A DNA stretch of 64,000 nucleotides from an uncultured Planctomycetota bacterium. Its GTDB lineage: Bacteria; Planctomycetota; Planctomycetia; Isosphaerales; Isosphaeraceae. Shown here piece by piece: positions 29,828 through 39,706 of the stretch. The notes under the pieces were generated by a model. The model worked only from the letters and a program-made list of their open reading frames with translations, was not told the DNA's origin and searched no databases. The translations under genes were made by a program, and so were the position numbers. The stretch is taken from contig CAVTTN010000002.1 of assembly GCA_963737655.1 (NCBI GenBank), forward strand, positions 4,352,001-4,416,000, read 5' to 3'. Numbering within the stretch: the first letter of the stretch is position 1; each line of letters starts with the position of its first letter.

Positions 29828-31243
29828 ATGTTCCAGATCCTGTTCGTCCTCAGCCTGATGGCCCCGGTGGCCCTGGCGGTGAAGCTCGGAGGCCGGCGGG
29901 CCCTGTGGATCTGCTGGCCTTTCGCCCTGCTGGCGATGCCGGTCTGGATGAACCTGGTCGTCGGGGCGCTCCGGCTGGACCTCCGGCTGGGCGTGGCCCT
30001 GGGGTGCCTGGCGGGCCTGGCCGTCCGGCCGGACCTCCGCTCGCGCAAGGGCCTGGTGATCACCGATGGGATCGTCCTGCTCCTGGTGGTCGTCCAGGTC
30101 GTGTCCGAGTCCCAGGTCGGCCTCCTGGGGACGATGACGATCCCGGACCTCCTCCGCCAATGGCTGGTGCCCTACGTCCTGGGCCGGGTGTTCCTCGGCT
30201 CGACGGCCGACATCGCCCGGAGCCTCCGCCCGGTCTCGCTGACCCTGGCGGGGATCTCCGCGTTCGCGGTCTTCGAGGCCGTGACGAAGTTCCATCCGGT
30301 CAACCGTTTCCTGGGCCGGACCTACGGCCTCCTGGAACAGGGCGAAGGCTACCGGATGGGCCTCAAACGGGCCCAGGGGATGACCGACCACCCGATCTTC
30401 TTCGGGATGATGATGGTGTTGTTCCTGCCCTGGGGGATCGAGGCGTTCCGCAGGGCCTGGGCCAAAGCCGGCCCGAGGTGGTGGCTGGCCCTGCCCTGGA
30501 TGATGGCCGCCGCCCTGTTCGTGTCGGTCTCCCGGGGCGCCCAGATGGCCGCGATGGCCACCGCCGGCGTTTCCTTCTTCTTCCACCATCGGCGGTTGAG
30601 GATTCCCCTGGTCCTCCTGGCCGTCGCCGGGGCCGGGGCCGGCTTCAGCGCGCGGGACCGCATCCTGAACCGCCTCCAGGAGATGGCCGGGGAGAACAAC
30701 GAGACGCCCAAACTCATCATGATCAACGGCGAGGAGGAGATCTACACCGGCACCCGCCACCGGGTCCTCCTCTTCAAGGTCTACGCCGAGGCCCTCCGAG
30801 ACGCCGGCTTGTTCGGCTGGGGCCAGCAGATGAAGGGGATCGACCTGGAGGACGAGATCGCCGAGAGGTTCGGCTCGATCGACTCGCATTACGTCCTCTT
30901 CTTCCTCCAGAGGGGTCATTCGGGGCTCTGGCCGTTCGTCCTCTTGCAGGTCGTCACGCTCGTCCAGCTCGGCCGGGCGGCGTGGCCGGGCAAGGGCCTC
31001 CGGGCGGGGCTGGCCGGTTCGATGTTCGGCGCGATGGCGGCGGTGGACGTGGGCCTGTTCAGCGTCTGGTTCTCGCCCGATTTCGGCACGGTCTGGCTGT
31101 TTACGGCCGGGGTGGCGGCGAACCTCGCTGCGCTCGGGCCCGAAGCGATCACGCCCCCCCGGGCGGCACCGGAGGTGCTTGAGACCACCGAGCCCCGATT
31201 CCATCTCGCCCCCGGCCACGCGCCTCTCCGAATTTCCTCGTGA
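29828..31243 (+). CDS. O-antigen ligase / Wzy-like polymerase
   Basis: Multi-TM protein with RAQG...HPI.FG, SVSRG, FGWG and SIDSHY. Confidence 0.8.
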   Translation: MFQILFVLSLMAPVALAVKLGGRRALWICWPFALLAMPVWMNLVVGALRLDLRLGVALGCLAGLAVRPDLRSRKGLVITDGIVLLLVVVQVVSESQVGLLGTMTIPDLLRQWLVPYVLGRVFLGSTADIARSLRPVSLTLAGISAFAVFEAVTKFHPVNRFLGRTYGLLEQGEGYRMGLKRAQGMTDHPIFFGMMMVLFLPWGIEAFRRAWAKAGPRWWLALPWMMAAALFVSVSRGAQMAAMATAGVSFFFHHRRLRIPLVLLAVAGAGAGFSARDRILNRLQEMAGENNETPKLIMINGEEEIYTGTRHRVLLFKVYAEALRDAGLFGWGQQMKGIDLEDEIAERFGSIDSHYVLFFLQRGHSGLWPFVLLQVVTLVQLGRAAWPGKGLRAGLAGSMFGAMAAVDVGLFSVWFSPDFGTVWLFTAGVAANLAALGPEAITPPRAAPEVLETTEPRFHLAPGHAPLRISS

Positions 31244-31766
31244 GAAACTCCGGCCTCGGGGCGGACGGCCCGGGTTCCCGGGCGTATAAGAGACCATGGA
31301 GGACGCCCTCATGCATTGGACCAACTCTCCGTCGAGGCAACCTGGGCCGTCCGGGGCATCCCGGTCGGCCGCGGACCCTCGGCGGTTCCCGAGACGATCG
31401 CCGGCCCCCCGGCGAACGACGTCTGGGCTGAGGAGAGAAGGTCCGCGGCGGGGAGTTCGCGGCATTTCGCCGATTTGGTCGATTCGACCAATCCTTGGGG
31501 CGGGAAGTGCCGACATGACAAATAGACCGGCTCGATCCCCTCGGGCCGGCGTCGTGCAAGCGTCCCGAACCGTCGCCGGAACGGACGACTCCGCCGCGAA
31601 TTGCGGCGAGTCGAGGCCGCCTCGGTCCGTCGTCCTCGCCGGCTTTCCGGCGAACCGTCGGCGGTGGTGGACGTAGAATGGCTAGTCGACGGATGGATCG
31701 GAGCGACGGCGACCCCGTCGGCCCGTCCGCGCTTCGGGTGCGCTCGCTCCGATGGAGGCCGCAACC

Positions 31767-33311
31767 ATGAACCGAGCTGGACTCCTCGCCGCCCTCGGCG
31801 TCCTTTGGCTCGCCCCGACGACCGCTCCGGCGGCCGATCCCGGCCCGCTGACCGATGCCGACCGCGAGCTCCTGACGACTTACGCTCGCGACACCTGGAG
31901 GTCGCTCGACGCCCTCGCCGGAGACGGCGCGTTGCCGACGGACTGCCTGGCCCGCCAGAATTCGGGCTGGGTCGCCGCCGGCTACACGAGCCCGACCGAC
32001 GTGGCCGCCTACATCTGGAGTACCCTGGCCGCCGAGGACCTCGGCCTGATCGCCCACGACGACGCCAGCCGACGCCTGGGCAAGACCCTGACCAGCCTGG
32101 CCAAGGCCGAGCGGTCCCACGGCTTCTTCTTCAACTGGTACGACCCGAAGACCGGAGCCCGCCTGCAAAGCTGGCCCGGCGGAGGGCCCGTCCGCCCGTT
32201 CCTCTCCTCGGTCGATAACGGCTGGCTGGCCGCCGCCCTGATGATGGTGGCCAACACCCGCCACGAATTCCGTCCGGCCGCCGAGGCCCTGCTCGGCCCG
32301 ATGAACTTCGGGTTCTTCTACGACCCCTTCGACCCCGCCGCGCCCGAGGCCCACCCGGGCCTCCTCCGAGGCGGCTACTATCCCGACGACCACGCCTTCA
32401 CCACCTATCATTACGGGATGCTCAATACCGAGCCCCGGATCGCCAGCTACATCGGCATCGCCCGGGGCGACCTGCCCGCCGATCACTACTACCGGATGAC
32501 CCGCGTCCAGCCTCCGGACCAGGGCCCGAAGCACTCCTACCTCGGCGTGACCGTCGACGAGGGGACCCGTCCTTACCGCGACGTCCGGATCGTCCCGAGC
32601 TGGGACGGCACGATGTTCGAGGCGCTGATGGTCCCCCTGTTCGTCCCCGAAGCGGCCTGGGCCGAGCAGAGCTGGGGACGCAACCACCCGCTGTACGCCC
32701 GGGCCCAGATCGAGTACGGGCTGCAAGACGCCCGACTCGGCTTCTGGGGGATCTCCGCCTCGACCGACCCGGACGGCGGCTACAAGGCCTACGGGATCCC
32801 GGCCCTCGGCGCCTCGGACCCGAAGGCCAAGGCCCCGGCGATCGTCACGCCCCACGCCTCGTTCCTCGCCCTGCCCTTCGCGCCGAAGCAGGCCGTGGAG
32901 AACCTCCAGGCCCTGGCCCTGGCCTTCCCCGCCGTTTACAGCCCCCTCGGCTTCTTCGACGCCGTGGACGTCGCCAACGGCCGGGTCGCCGAGCACCTCC
33001 TGACGCTCGATCAGGGGATGAGCCTGGCCGCCATCGCCAATGCCCTGCGGGACAACTGCCTGCAAAGGGCCTTCAGCGCCGGGGCCATCGAGTCGGCCGT
33101 CCGCCCCGTGATCGCCCCCGAGCACTTCGAATCGAGGGAGATCGCCCCGGCCGTCAAGGTCTCGCGACGAGGCCCGACGCTCGTCCCCGGGGCCGGCCTC
33201 CCCGAAGTCGTCTTCGCCTGGAGGGCCGCGAACCTCACCCCGGGCCTCCCCCGGCCGACCCTCCGCCGCCGGCGGATCGAACGCCGGGCCCTCCCGCCAC
33301 GGGCCTCCTGA
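31767..33311 (+). CDS. Secreted DUF3131/glucoamylase-like protein (related to beta-1,2-glucan-active GH144-type domains)
   Basis: Signal peptide, YARDTW, YTSPTD, GFFFNWYD, SSVDNGWL, EPRIASY, SWDGTMFEALM, WGISAS and LDQGM. Confidence 0.75.
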   Translation: MNRAGLLAALGVLWLAPTTAPAADPGPLTDADRELLTTYARDTWRSLDALAGDGALPTDCLARQNSGWVAAGYTSPTDVAAYIWSTLAAEDLGLIAHDDASRRLGKTLTSLAKAERSHGFFFNWYDPKTGARLQSWPGGGPVRPFLSSVDNGWLAAALMMVANTRHEFRPAAEALLGPMNFGFFYDPFDPAAPEAHPGLLRGGYYPDDHAFTTYHYGMLNTEPRIASYIGIARGDLPADHYYRMTRVQPPDQGPKHSYLGVTVDEGTRPYRDVRIVPSWDGTMFEALMVPLFVPEAAWAEQSWGRNHPLYARAQIEYGLQDARLGFWGISASTDPDGGYKAYGIPALGASDPKAKAPAIVTPHASFLALPFAPKQAVENLQALALAFPAVYSPLGFFDAVDVANGRVAEHLLTLDQGMSLAAIANALRDNCLQRAFSAGAIESAVRPVIAPEHFESREIAPAVKVSRRGPTLVPGAGLPEVVFAWRAANLTPGLPRPTLRRRRIERRALPPRAS

Positions 33312-33387
33312 TCGCGGCCGATCAGGAGGCCCTGTACCGCCTATTTAAACACCAATCATGCCCAAGAATCCGAGTGATTCGAGGGAG

Positions 33388-33413
33388 CCCGGCCCACTCC
33401 GTCGTGGGCCGGG
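33388..33413. terminator. GC-rich hairpin downstream of the DUF3131 gene
   Basis: cccggcccac / gtgggccggg 10-bp stem followed by ttgttcctt. Confidence 0.5.
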
Positions 33414-33631
33414 TTGTTCCTTCGACCGAGTCCCGCCCCCATCGGCGGGAGGTCGCTCTCCCCAATCCATCTCGAAGCCCTCGGCCTGAGTGTAACTTTT
33501 CTTCAATGGTTTAACAAGGCGATCTGCCCAAATAAGGCGAGTTTCTTCCTCGATCGATGCCCCGGGCGGCGGTCTGGGAAATGCAGGTAAGGCCTGTCGC
33601 CGAAGGCGTCACGGGACCACAAGGGGGCACG

Positions 33632-34390
33632 ATGTTCGGCCTATCGAGGCGAGAGCGCCGGGAGAAGTGGCGGGCGGAGCCCTTCCCGGCCGAGTGGGTC
33701 GCGATCCTGGAGAAGAACATCCCGTTCTACAAGAGGCTCGCCGAGCCCGACCGGGCCGAGCTTCACGGCCTGATCCGGGTCTTCCTCGAAGAGAAGCACT
33801 TCGAGGGCTGCGGCGGCCTGGAGATGACCGACGAGGTCCGTCTGACCATCGCCGGCCAGGCGTGCCTGCTGCTCCTCCACCGCGAGACCGACGATTTCGC
33901 CCGGTTGATCACGATCCTCGTCTACCCGAGCGCCTACGAGGCCCCGGCCATCGAGCCGATCGGCGGAGGGGCGATCCTCCAGGGGCTTCAGGGGCGATTG
34001 GGCGAGGCGTCGGCCGACGGCGTGGTGATCCTGTCGTGGGACGACGTGGTTTCCGGCGCCTTCGACCCGAAGGACGGCCATAACGTCGTCCTCCACGAGT
34101 TCGCCCACCAGCTCGACATGGAAGACGGCCGGGCCGACGGCGCCCCGATCCTCAAGCACCGCTCCAAGTATGCGTCCTGGGCCCGGGTCCTCGGCGCCGA
34201 GTACGAGAACCTCCGCGAATCGGGCAAGAAGAGCGTCCTGGACGACTACGGGGGCATCAACCCGGCCGAATTCTTCGCCGTCGCCACCGAATGCTTCTTC
34301 GAAAAGCCGGTGCAGATGAAGAAGAAACACCCCGAGCTCTACGACGAGCTCCGAGCCTTCTACCACCTCGACCCCGAGGCCACCCTGTAG
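33632..34390 (+). CDS. M90 family zinc metallopeptidase (MtfA-like)
   Basis: FL.EK.FEGC.GL, ILVYP, NVVLHEFAHQLD and NPAEFFAVATE.FFE.P. Confidence 0.92.
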   Translation: MFGLSRRERREKWRAEPFPAEWVAILEKNIPFYKRLAEPDRAELHGLIRVFLEEKHFEGCGGLEMTDEVRLTIAGQACLLLLHRETDDFARLITILVYPSAYEAPAIEPIGGGAILQGLQGRLGEASADGVVILSWDDVVSGAFDPKDGHNVVLHEFAHQLDMEDGRADGAPILKHRSKYASWARVLGAEYENLRESGKKSVLDDYGGINPAEFFAVATECFFEKPVQMKKKHPELYDELRAFYHLDPEATL

Positions 34391-34455
34391 GGTGCATGAA
34401 ATGCACCATCTTCGATCGGTCTCAAATCGAAGATGGTGCATTTCACGCACCCGAC
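34387..34455. repeat. GTAG-type REP doublet, family B copy 1
   Basis: gtagggtgcatgaaatgcacc ... ggtgcatttcacgcacccgac with a palindromic spacer; same arms at 44799-45016. Confidence 0.85.
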
Positions 34456-34471
34456 TCGCCTTCAACCACGC

Positions 34472-35818
34472 TCATTTCGCCGAGGCGACCGGAGGCAGGC
34501 CCATGTGCTTCGGCTCGTGGGCCGGCTTCGCGGAGGCCGGCGCCCGGAGCGTCTTCAGGAACGCGAGGAGGGCCTGGCGGTCGTCCGACCGAAGCTCGGT
34601 GAACCGCCTGGTGACCCCCTTGGCGTCCCCATCGTGACGGAGGATCGCCGCTTCGAGGGTCGGCGAGCTCCCGTCGTGGAAATAGGGGGCGGAATCGGCG
34701 ACTCCCCAGAGGGGGGCGGTCTTCCACTCGTCGGGCTTCGGGTGATCGACGGGCAAGGGGACGTCCGGGCTCTCGGTCACCCCGTAGCTGGAGCCGCTCG
34801 CCTCGCGGTCCTCCAGACGGTGGAGGAGGAAATCGCTGTAAAGGCCGCGGACCCCGCCGAGGTCCGGCGAGTGGCAGATCGCGCATCCGACCGAGGCGAA
34901 CACGACCTTGCCGCGCTCCGCCCTCGCCGAGCCGCTCAGGTCCGCCGGAGACCGTTCCTCGGGCCGGTCCAGGGTGTCGACGAACGCGACCAGGGCCCGG
35001 AACTGGGCCTCGCTGAGGTCGCGCTCGACGTCGGGATAGTCGCGGAAGCCGATCGGCCGGGCCTGGTCCCTCATCGGGTTGCCCAGCCCGATCTCGTTGG
35101 CGCACGCCGCCGCCACGAACTCGTCGAGCGTCGCGAACTGGGCCTTCCAGCCGAACTTGCCGATCCGGCCGTCGGGCAGGACGCGATATCGACCCGGCGG
35201 GCATCCCGTGAAGTCCGCCGTGAGCTCCCGCCCGATGCTCGCCATCGACGCCTTGAGGCTCTGATGAGCGATCGCCTGGCCGGAGATCCGGTCGATCCAG
35301 CCCACGCCAAACAGGGCCGTGGTATTCACGCTCTCGGTGCGGACCGGGTCGAAGTCCCTCGTGAGGATCTGGCACCCTCCAGAAAACCGGATGCCGTTGG
35401 GGACGATCGGGAAGGCCCGGTGGAGCTTCTCGCTGTTCTCCAGAAAACGATTCTCGACGGCGAAGAGGTGGACCAAACCGCCGGCGACCTCGGGCCGATC
35501 CTTCGTGGGGACCGCCTCGAAGGCCCGGACGTTCTGCTTCACCCCTCCGCCTCCGCCGACCCCGCCCTGGAAGTGGCAGGCCACGCACGATCGCCCATTG
35601 AACACCGGGCCCAGGCCGTCCCCCTTGGCCATCGCGTCGTGAGGCTGCCAGTCATGCTCGAACAACGCGGCGCCGGCCGCTTTGGTCGAGGCATCGGCCC
35701 GAGGCCCCCACAGCACCGGCATCCCCGGCGAAAAGACCCAGAACGCCCCCGCGCCGACGATCGCCGCCAGGCCCAGACCCACCCGCCGTCGGATTCGATC
35801 CAGAGCGTAACCATCCAT
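34472..35818 (-). CDS. Di-heme oxidoreductase family (DHOR) c-type cytochrome
   Basis: DGLGPVFN..SCVACH, GKFGWKAQ, GCAICH, YSDFLLH, WKTAPLWG and YFHDG. Confidence 0.9.
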   Translation of the reverse strand: MDGYALDRIRRRVGLGLAAIVGAGAFWVFSPGMPVLWGPRADASTKAAGAALFEHDWQPHDAMAKGDGLGPVFNGRSCVACHFQGGVGGGGGVKQNVRAFEAVPTKDRPEVAGGLVHLFAVENRFLENSEKLHRAFPIVPNGIRFSGGCQILTRDFDPVRTESVNTTALFGVGWIDRISGQAIAHQSLKASMASIGRELTADFTGCPPGRYRVLPDGRIGKFGWKAQFATLDEFVAAACANEIGLGNPMRDQARPIGFRDYPDVERDLSEAQFRALVAFVDTLDRPEERSPADLSGSARAERGKVVFASVGCAICHSPDLGGVRGLYSDFLLHRLEDREASGSSYGVTESPDVPLPVDHPKPDEWKTAPLWGVADSAPYFHDGSSPTLEAAILRHDGDAKGVTRRFTELRSDDRQALLAFLKTLRAPASAKPAHEPKHMGLPPVASAK

Positions 35819-35886
35819 CGTCGTCGCCCCCCGAGGACCGATCAGCCCACCCCAACCTCGGACAACTGTAATCCGGCGGCCCGACT

Positions 35887-35900
35887 TTGACAAGTGTCAA
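35887..35900. promoter_or_regulatory. Perfect TTGAC-N4-GTCAA palindrome (FNR/CRP-family-like box) upstream of the di-heme gene
   Basis: ttgacaagtgtcaa overlaps a putative minus-strand promoter TTGTCA-17-TACAGT. Confidence 0.45.
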
Positions 35901-35932
35901 GGACCGGATTCGGATCGACCGCGTTCCACTCC

Positions 35933-35989
35933 GTAGGGCAGGCCTCGGCCTGCCGATCCGCGAAGACGGCAGGCCGAGGCCTGCCCTAC
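35933..35989. repeat. GTAG-type REP doublet, family A copy 2
   Basis: gtagggcaggcctcggcctgcc ... ggcaggccgaggcctgccctac. Confidence 0.9.
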
Positions 35990-36008
35990 GGAGGGCCCGC
36001 CTGGGGAA

Positions 36009-38909
36009 TTACCCCAGGGTCACCTCGACGCGGGCCAGTTCGTGCGCCGTGAGGTCGATGGGGACGGCGTCGCCTTGCACGGGCAGGTCGATCAGGAGCT
36101 CGCCGGTGAAATCGGTTTGCCTGGCCGCGATCGGGTCTCGGAAGAATCGGATTCGGCTCCGGCAGGCCCGTCCGGCGGTCTCGGCCAGGAGGAGGGCGAG
36201 GCCCCAGCCTCGGCCGTCCCCGGTCCGTTCGACGAACTCGACGCCGATCGTCGCGATCGCCGGATTCTCGACCGCGATCAGCCAACCCACCGGCCCGGAC
36301 TTCGGCGGACCGGCCGTCGTCGGCACGATCACCGGGGGCGAGATCCGTTCCAGGGCCGCGAGATAGGGGTGTTCGAGGTCCAGGGCCACGCCCACCGAGA
36401 ACGTCCGGGCCGTCTCTCGGCCCGCGATCAGGAGCGTATCGAGCATCCGCGAGCCGTGGCGCTTGTGGTGCGCCAGGCCGCCGAGCAGGAGGGCCGTCTT
36501 CTGCCGGCGAGTGCCGATGTCGAGGGCGTCGGGCGTCTCGGGCCGTTCGGCCGAGGTCTCGGTCGGATGGAGATGGACGGTCCGTCTCAGGGTCGAGCTG
36601 GGGTCGGGCCAGGCCCAGCGACAGGCGAGGTACTTCGACCACGGGTCGGCCGCCGCGATCGTCTCCCGCCACTTCGAATCCACGTCGGAGAGGGTGATTT
36701 CCAGGTCCAGGGTCGTCCGACCGGCCCAGAGGCGGGCGACCTGGCGAAATCGGGCGAGCGCCCGGCCGTCGATCGGGTCGAGGATCGCCCCTTCGGAGAC
36801 CGCCTGCGCCAGCGAGGGCCCGGCGTATTCGACCTCGAACCGATCGCCGACCATTTTCGAGTTCGCCGGCTGGCCGTCCGCGCCGATCAGGCCCGCGATC
36901 ACCAGTTGCTGGGCGACTCTTGGGGTCGGCTCGCCCCGGCCCCGGATCGCCCGCAGCCCTCCGCTGGTCGGGTCGAACTCGACCTCCATCGACTCATTTC
37001 GAAGCGTCCGGCCGTCGGCCGAGACCGCTCGTTCCGACGTGGCCGGCGAGAAGGCCGACGGGTCGGGCTCGCGGGGCACCCAGGCGAAGCCGAAGGCGGG
37101 GAGGTCCACCACGCCCACGGTGCCGAGCTCGGTCATCTGGGCCGATCGCAATGGCCCCTCGGGCCGGAGGTCGTCGGCCGCCCCGGGCAGGACGACGGCC
37201 GCCCTCCTCGCCATCCCCGACGGATTCACGACGAGGAACCCGGGCCGCCCCCCCTGCCCCGTCCCGACGATCCCCCGGGCGAGCCTCTCGCCCGCCATTT
37301 CCGTCTCCTTCTCGATCGCGGAGGACTCGGCCAGACGGCCCGTCTCCAGGTCGATCTCCAGGGCGTCGAACGGCCCGACCGGCAGCCCTTCCGGCTCGGG
37401 AAGCTCGGTCTCGGCAGGCCGGGGCGGCGAGGAGAGCGCCTTCGCCAGCGCATCGACGGCCATCAGCCCGTCGAAACCCGCCCGGAGCCTCGCGTGCCTC
37501 GCCTTCCGGGAGATCGGCTCGGGGTCGTCGCGGGCGATCGCCTGCGCCAGATACGGCGAGACGTATTCATCAGCTTTCGGCGAGAACGTGTCCCAGGGTC
37601 GATCGCTCAGGTGGAAATAATCGCCCAGGGTCGCCCATCGCGAGAGGACCGGCGAGAACGCCGCGACTCGTCGCAGGTCGCGATACCAGCCGGCCACCGG
37701 GTTCGGCCAGTGGGCCATCGGCACGGTCGCGACGTGGTCGTCTCGCATCGATCGGGCGATCCGCCAGGGCAGGCGGGCCCCTTCGCCGGGGCGGTCGGCG
37801 GCGATCGGCGGCCGGGTCAGCGATTCGAGGTTGGTGGCGTCCGGGCCTTCCCAGAGCTTCTTGGACTCGATCGGCACCGGGAACCGCCCGGCGTCGAGGC
37901 CCAGGTACACCGCGAACCGGAACCCGAACCTCTTGGCGATCTGCGGACGTTGAGGAGACAGCGCAAATCGCCGGGTCGCCAGCGATTCCACGTCCCGATC
38001 GTCCAGGTTCGCCCGATAGACCCGCCGGGCATGGCGGAACTGCCAGAGGACCGAGGGGAGCGGCAAGAGCGGCTCCTCGGTCTCGGCATACGGCCCGCCG
38101 ATCACGTCGGCCCAGCCTTCGTTGATGGCTTCGCGAAGTCTTTCGAGCGATCCCGGGTCGCGTTCGGCCTGGGCCTCGATGGCGTTCGCCGCCGCCAGGA
38201 CCGTGAACGGGGCGCGGGCCGCGAGGCTGTCGGCCAGGGCGCCTCCGGGCAATGCCGGATCGAGCAGCACGAAATCGATCAGGTACGAATCGACGGGATA
38301 GAACCGCTCCCGGGCCTGGGTGAGCACCTCGAACGCCGCCCGCAAGTGGTTCGTGGCCGTCGGGCGATCGCCCGAGACCCACGCCTTCGCGCCGTTCAGG
38401 GATTCGCGGGTCAGGCTCTCGACGTCGAGGCAATCGGCGTGGCCCATCCCGATCGTGAGGTCGCGCAACCACCATCGGGCCGACCCCAGGGCGAGGAAAT
38501 CCAGGGCGATCGGATCGTCGGACGGCCCGATTTCCGCGCCGGGTTCGAGGAGTTCCAGGACCTTCCGGGCGACCGCGAACCGATCGATCTCGCCCTCGAC
38601 GATCGAGGCGCCGAGCTCCTCGGCGATCGAGCGATACTCGGCCGGCAAGCTCGGCCCGGCGCCCTCGGCGACGACGCGGATCTCGCCCGATCCGGGCGAA
38701 TGGGCGAACTCGGCCGGCTCGATCGCCGGGATCTCGGCGAGTCGTCCGAGGAGTGCCGGGTGCCACACGGCGGAGACGGCCGCCCAGGTCGCCTCGGCCT
38801 GGCGGTCGGGCATCGACGCCGGGGGCTCCTGGCCGTCGAGCAAGATCATCGCCACGAGCCTCCGGCCCGGGGGCGACTCGGGGGAATCCGTCGGTCCGTC
38901 CTCGCTCAT
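36009..38909 (-). CDS. Large hypothetical protein with GH38/GH57-like architecture
   Basis: 966-aa ORF. IGGPYAE..PLL, VVNPSG..R, VDLPAFGFAW and LRNE.MEVEFDP.SGGL resemble alpha-mannosidase domains. Function uncertain. Confidence 0.6.
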   Translation of the reverse strand: MSEDGPTDSPESPPGRRLVAMILLDGQEPPASMPDRQAEATWAAVSAVWHPALLGRLAEIPAIEPAEFAHSPGSGEIRVVAEGAGPSLPAEYRSIAEELGASIVEGEIDRFAVARKVLELLEPGAEIGPSDDPIALDFLALGSARWWLRDLTIGMGHADCLDVESLTRESLNGAKAWVSGDRPTATNHLRAAFEVLTQARERFYPVDSYLIDFVLLDPALPGGALADSLAARAPFTVLAAANAIEAQAERDPGSLERLREAINEGWADVIGGPYAETEEPLLPLPSVLWQFRHARRVYRANLDDRDVESLATRRFALSPQRPQIAKRFGFRFAVYLGLDAGRFPVPIESKKLWEGPDATNLESLTRPPIAADRPGEGARLPWRIARSMRDDHVATVPMAHWPNPVAGWYRDLRRVAAFSPVLSRWATLGDYFHLSDRPWDTFSPKADEYVSPYLAQAIARDDPEPISRKARHARLRAGFDGLMAVDALAKALSSPPRPAETELPEPEGLPVGPFDALEIDLETGRLAESSAIEKETEMAGERLARGIVGTGQGGRPGFLVVNPSGMARRAAVVLPGAADDLRPEGPLRSAQMTELGTVGVVDLPAFGFAWVPREPDPSAFSPATSERAVSADGRTLRNESMEVEFDPTSGGLRAIRGRGEPTPRVAQQLVIAGLIGADGQPANSKMVGDRFEVEYAGPSLAQAVSEGAILDPIDGRALARFRQVARLWAGRTTLDLEITLSDVDSKWRETIAAADPWSKYLACRWAWPDPSSTLRRTVHLHPTETSAERPETPDALDIGTRRQKTALLLGGLAHHKRHGSRMLDTLLIAGRETARTFSVGVALDLEHPYLAALERISPPVIVPTTAGPPKSGPVGWLIAVENPAIATIGVEFVERTGDGRGWGLALLLAETAGRACRSRIRFFRDPIAARQTDFTGELLIDLPVQGDAVPIDLTAHELARVEVTLG

Positions 38910-38913
38910 CGGG

Positions 38914-39638
38914 TCAGGCTCCGAGCGAGGTCTTGAGCCCCCGCAGGTCGTCGGAAAGGATCTGGACGGTCCCCTTCAGCGCCTCCACTTCCGCCCGGAG
39001 CGCGGCGAGCTCCTCGCGGAGGGAGGGATCGGCCGGGGCGGCCGGGCGCGGGCCGGTCGGGGCTCGTCCTCCGAGATTACCGGCATCCTCGAGACCTCCT
39101 GGCGGACCAGCTCCAGCTCGGCCGGCGGGTAGAGGTTGTGCGTGACCATCACGCCCCGCTTCTGGCCGGGAGGCGTCAAGAAGACGATCAAATCCAGCGA
39201 TTGGAGCGTCTTCAGGACGTTCTGCAACGTCTCCAGCTCCGGGATCGGCTCCATCCGCGAGGCCCGGGCGCGGAGGTCCCCCTCGGTCTGCTTGCCCCGG
39301 AGCATCAATTCGGCCAGCACGGCCATCTCGACCGGCTTGTTCCTCAGGCCGAACCAGTCGTAGAGCGAATGCTTCCACTTCGGCACCCGGCCGCTCCCCT
39401 CGACGATCACCACCGCGCCCTTCTTGCGGAGGCCCTGGAGGATGTCCTCCACGTCGTCGGCGTCGAAGTTCGTGACCGGGTCGCGATTGGTCTTCTGGTT
39501 CGACCCGGTCACGATCGCCGCGACGGTCATCGGGTAATACTCGGGCGTCGTCTTCTGCTTCTCGACGAGGACACCGAGAACGCGGCGCTCCCGATGGTTC
39601 AGGGGCACCCATTGCCGGTCGGTCGTGGGGACGCTCAT
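38914..39638 (-). CDS. DUF480 (YceH) family protein; frameshift near 39060
   Basis: RVLGVLVEKQKTTPEYYPMT, NQKTNRDPV, LMLRG.QT.G.LR.RASRM; the coiled-coil tail is in the shifted frame ending at 38914. Confidence 0.9.
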
Positions 39639-39706
39639 GGCACTCGCATCGGGTCAGGGGGGAGGTGGAGACGATTTCCGGACCGAGGGGCGATCGCGTC
39701 CCGAGG

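Noticed and set aside
33312..33631. Possible riboswitch in the AT-richer intergenic region before the M90 peptidase
   Set aside because: Only terminator-like hairpins were seen, with no recognisable aptamer consensus.
36042..38936. 964-aa plus-strand ORF
   Set aside because: Mirror of the 966-aa minus-strand gene; R/G/P-rich with no motifs.
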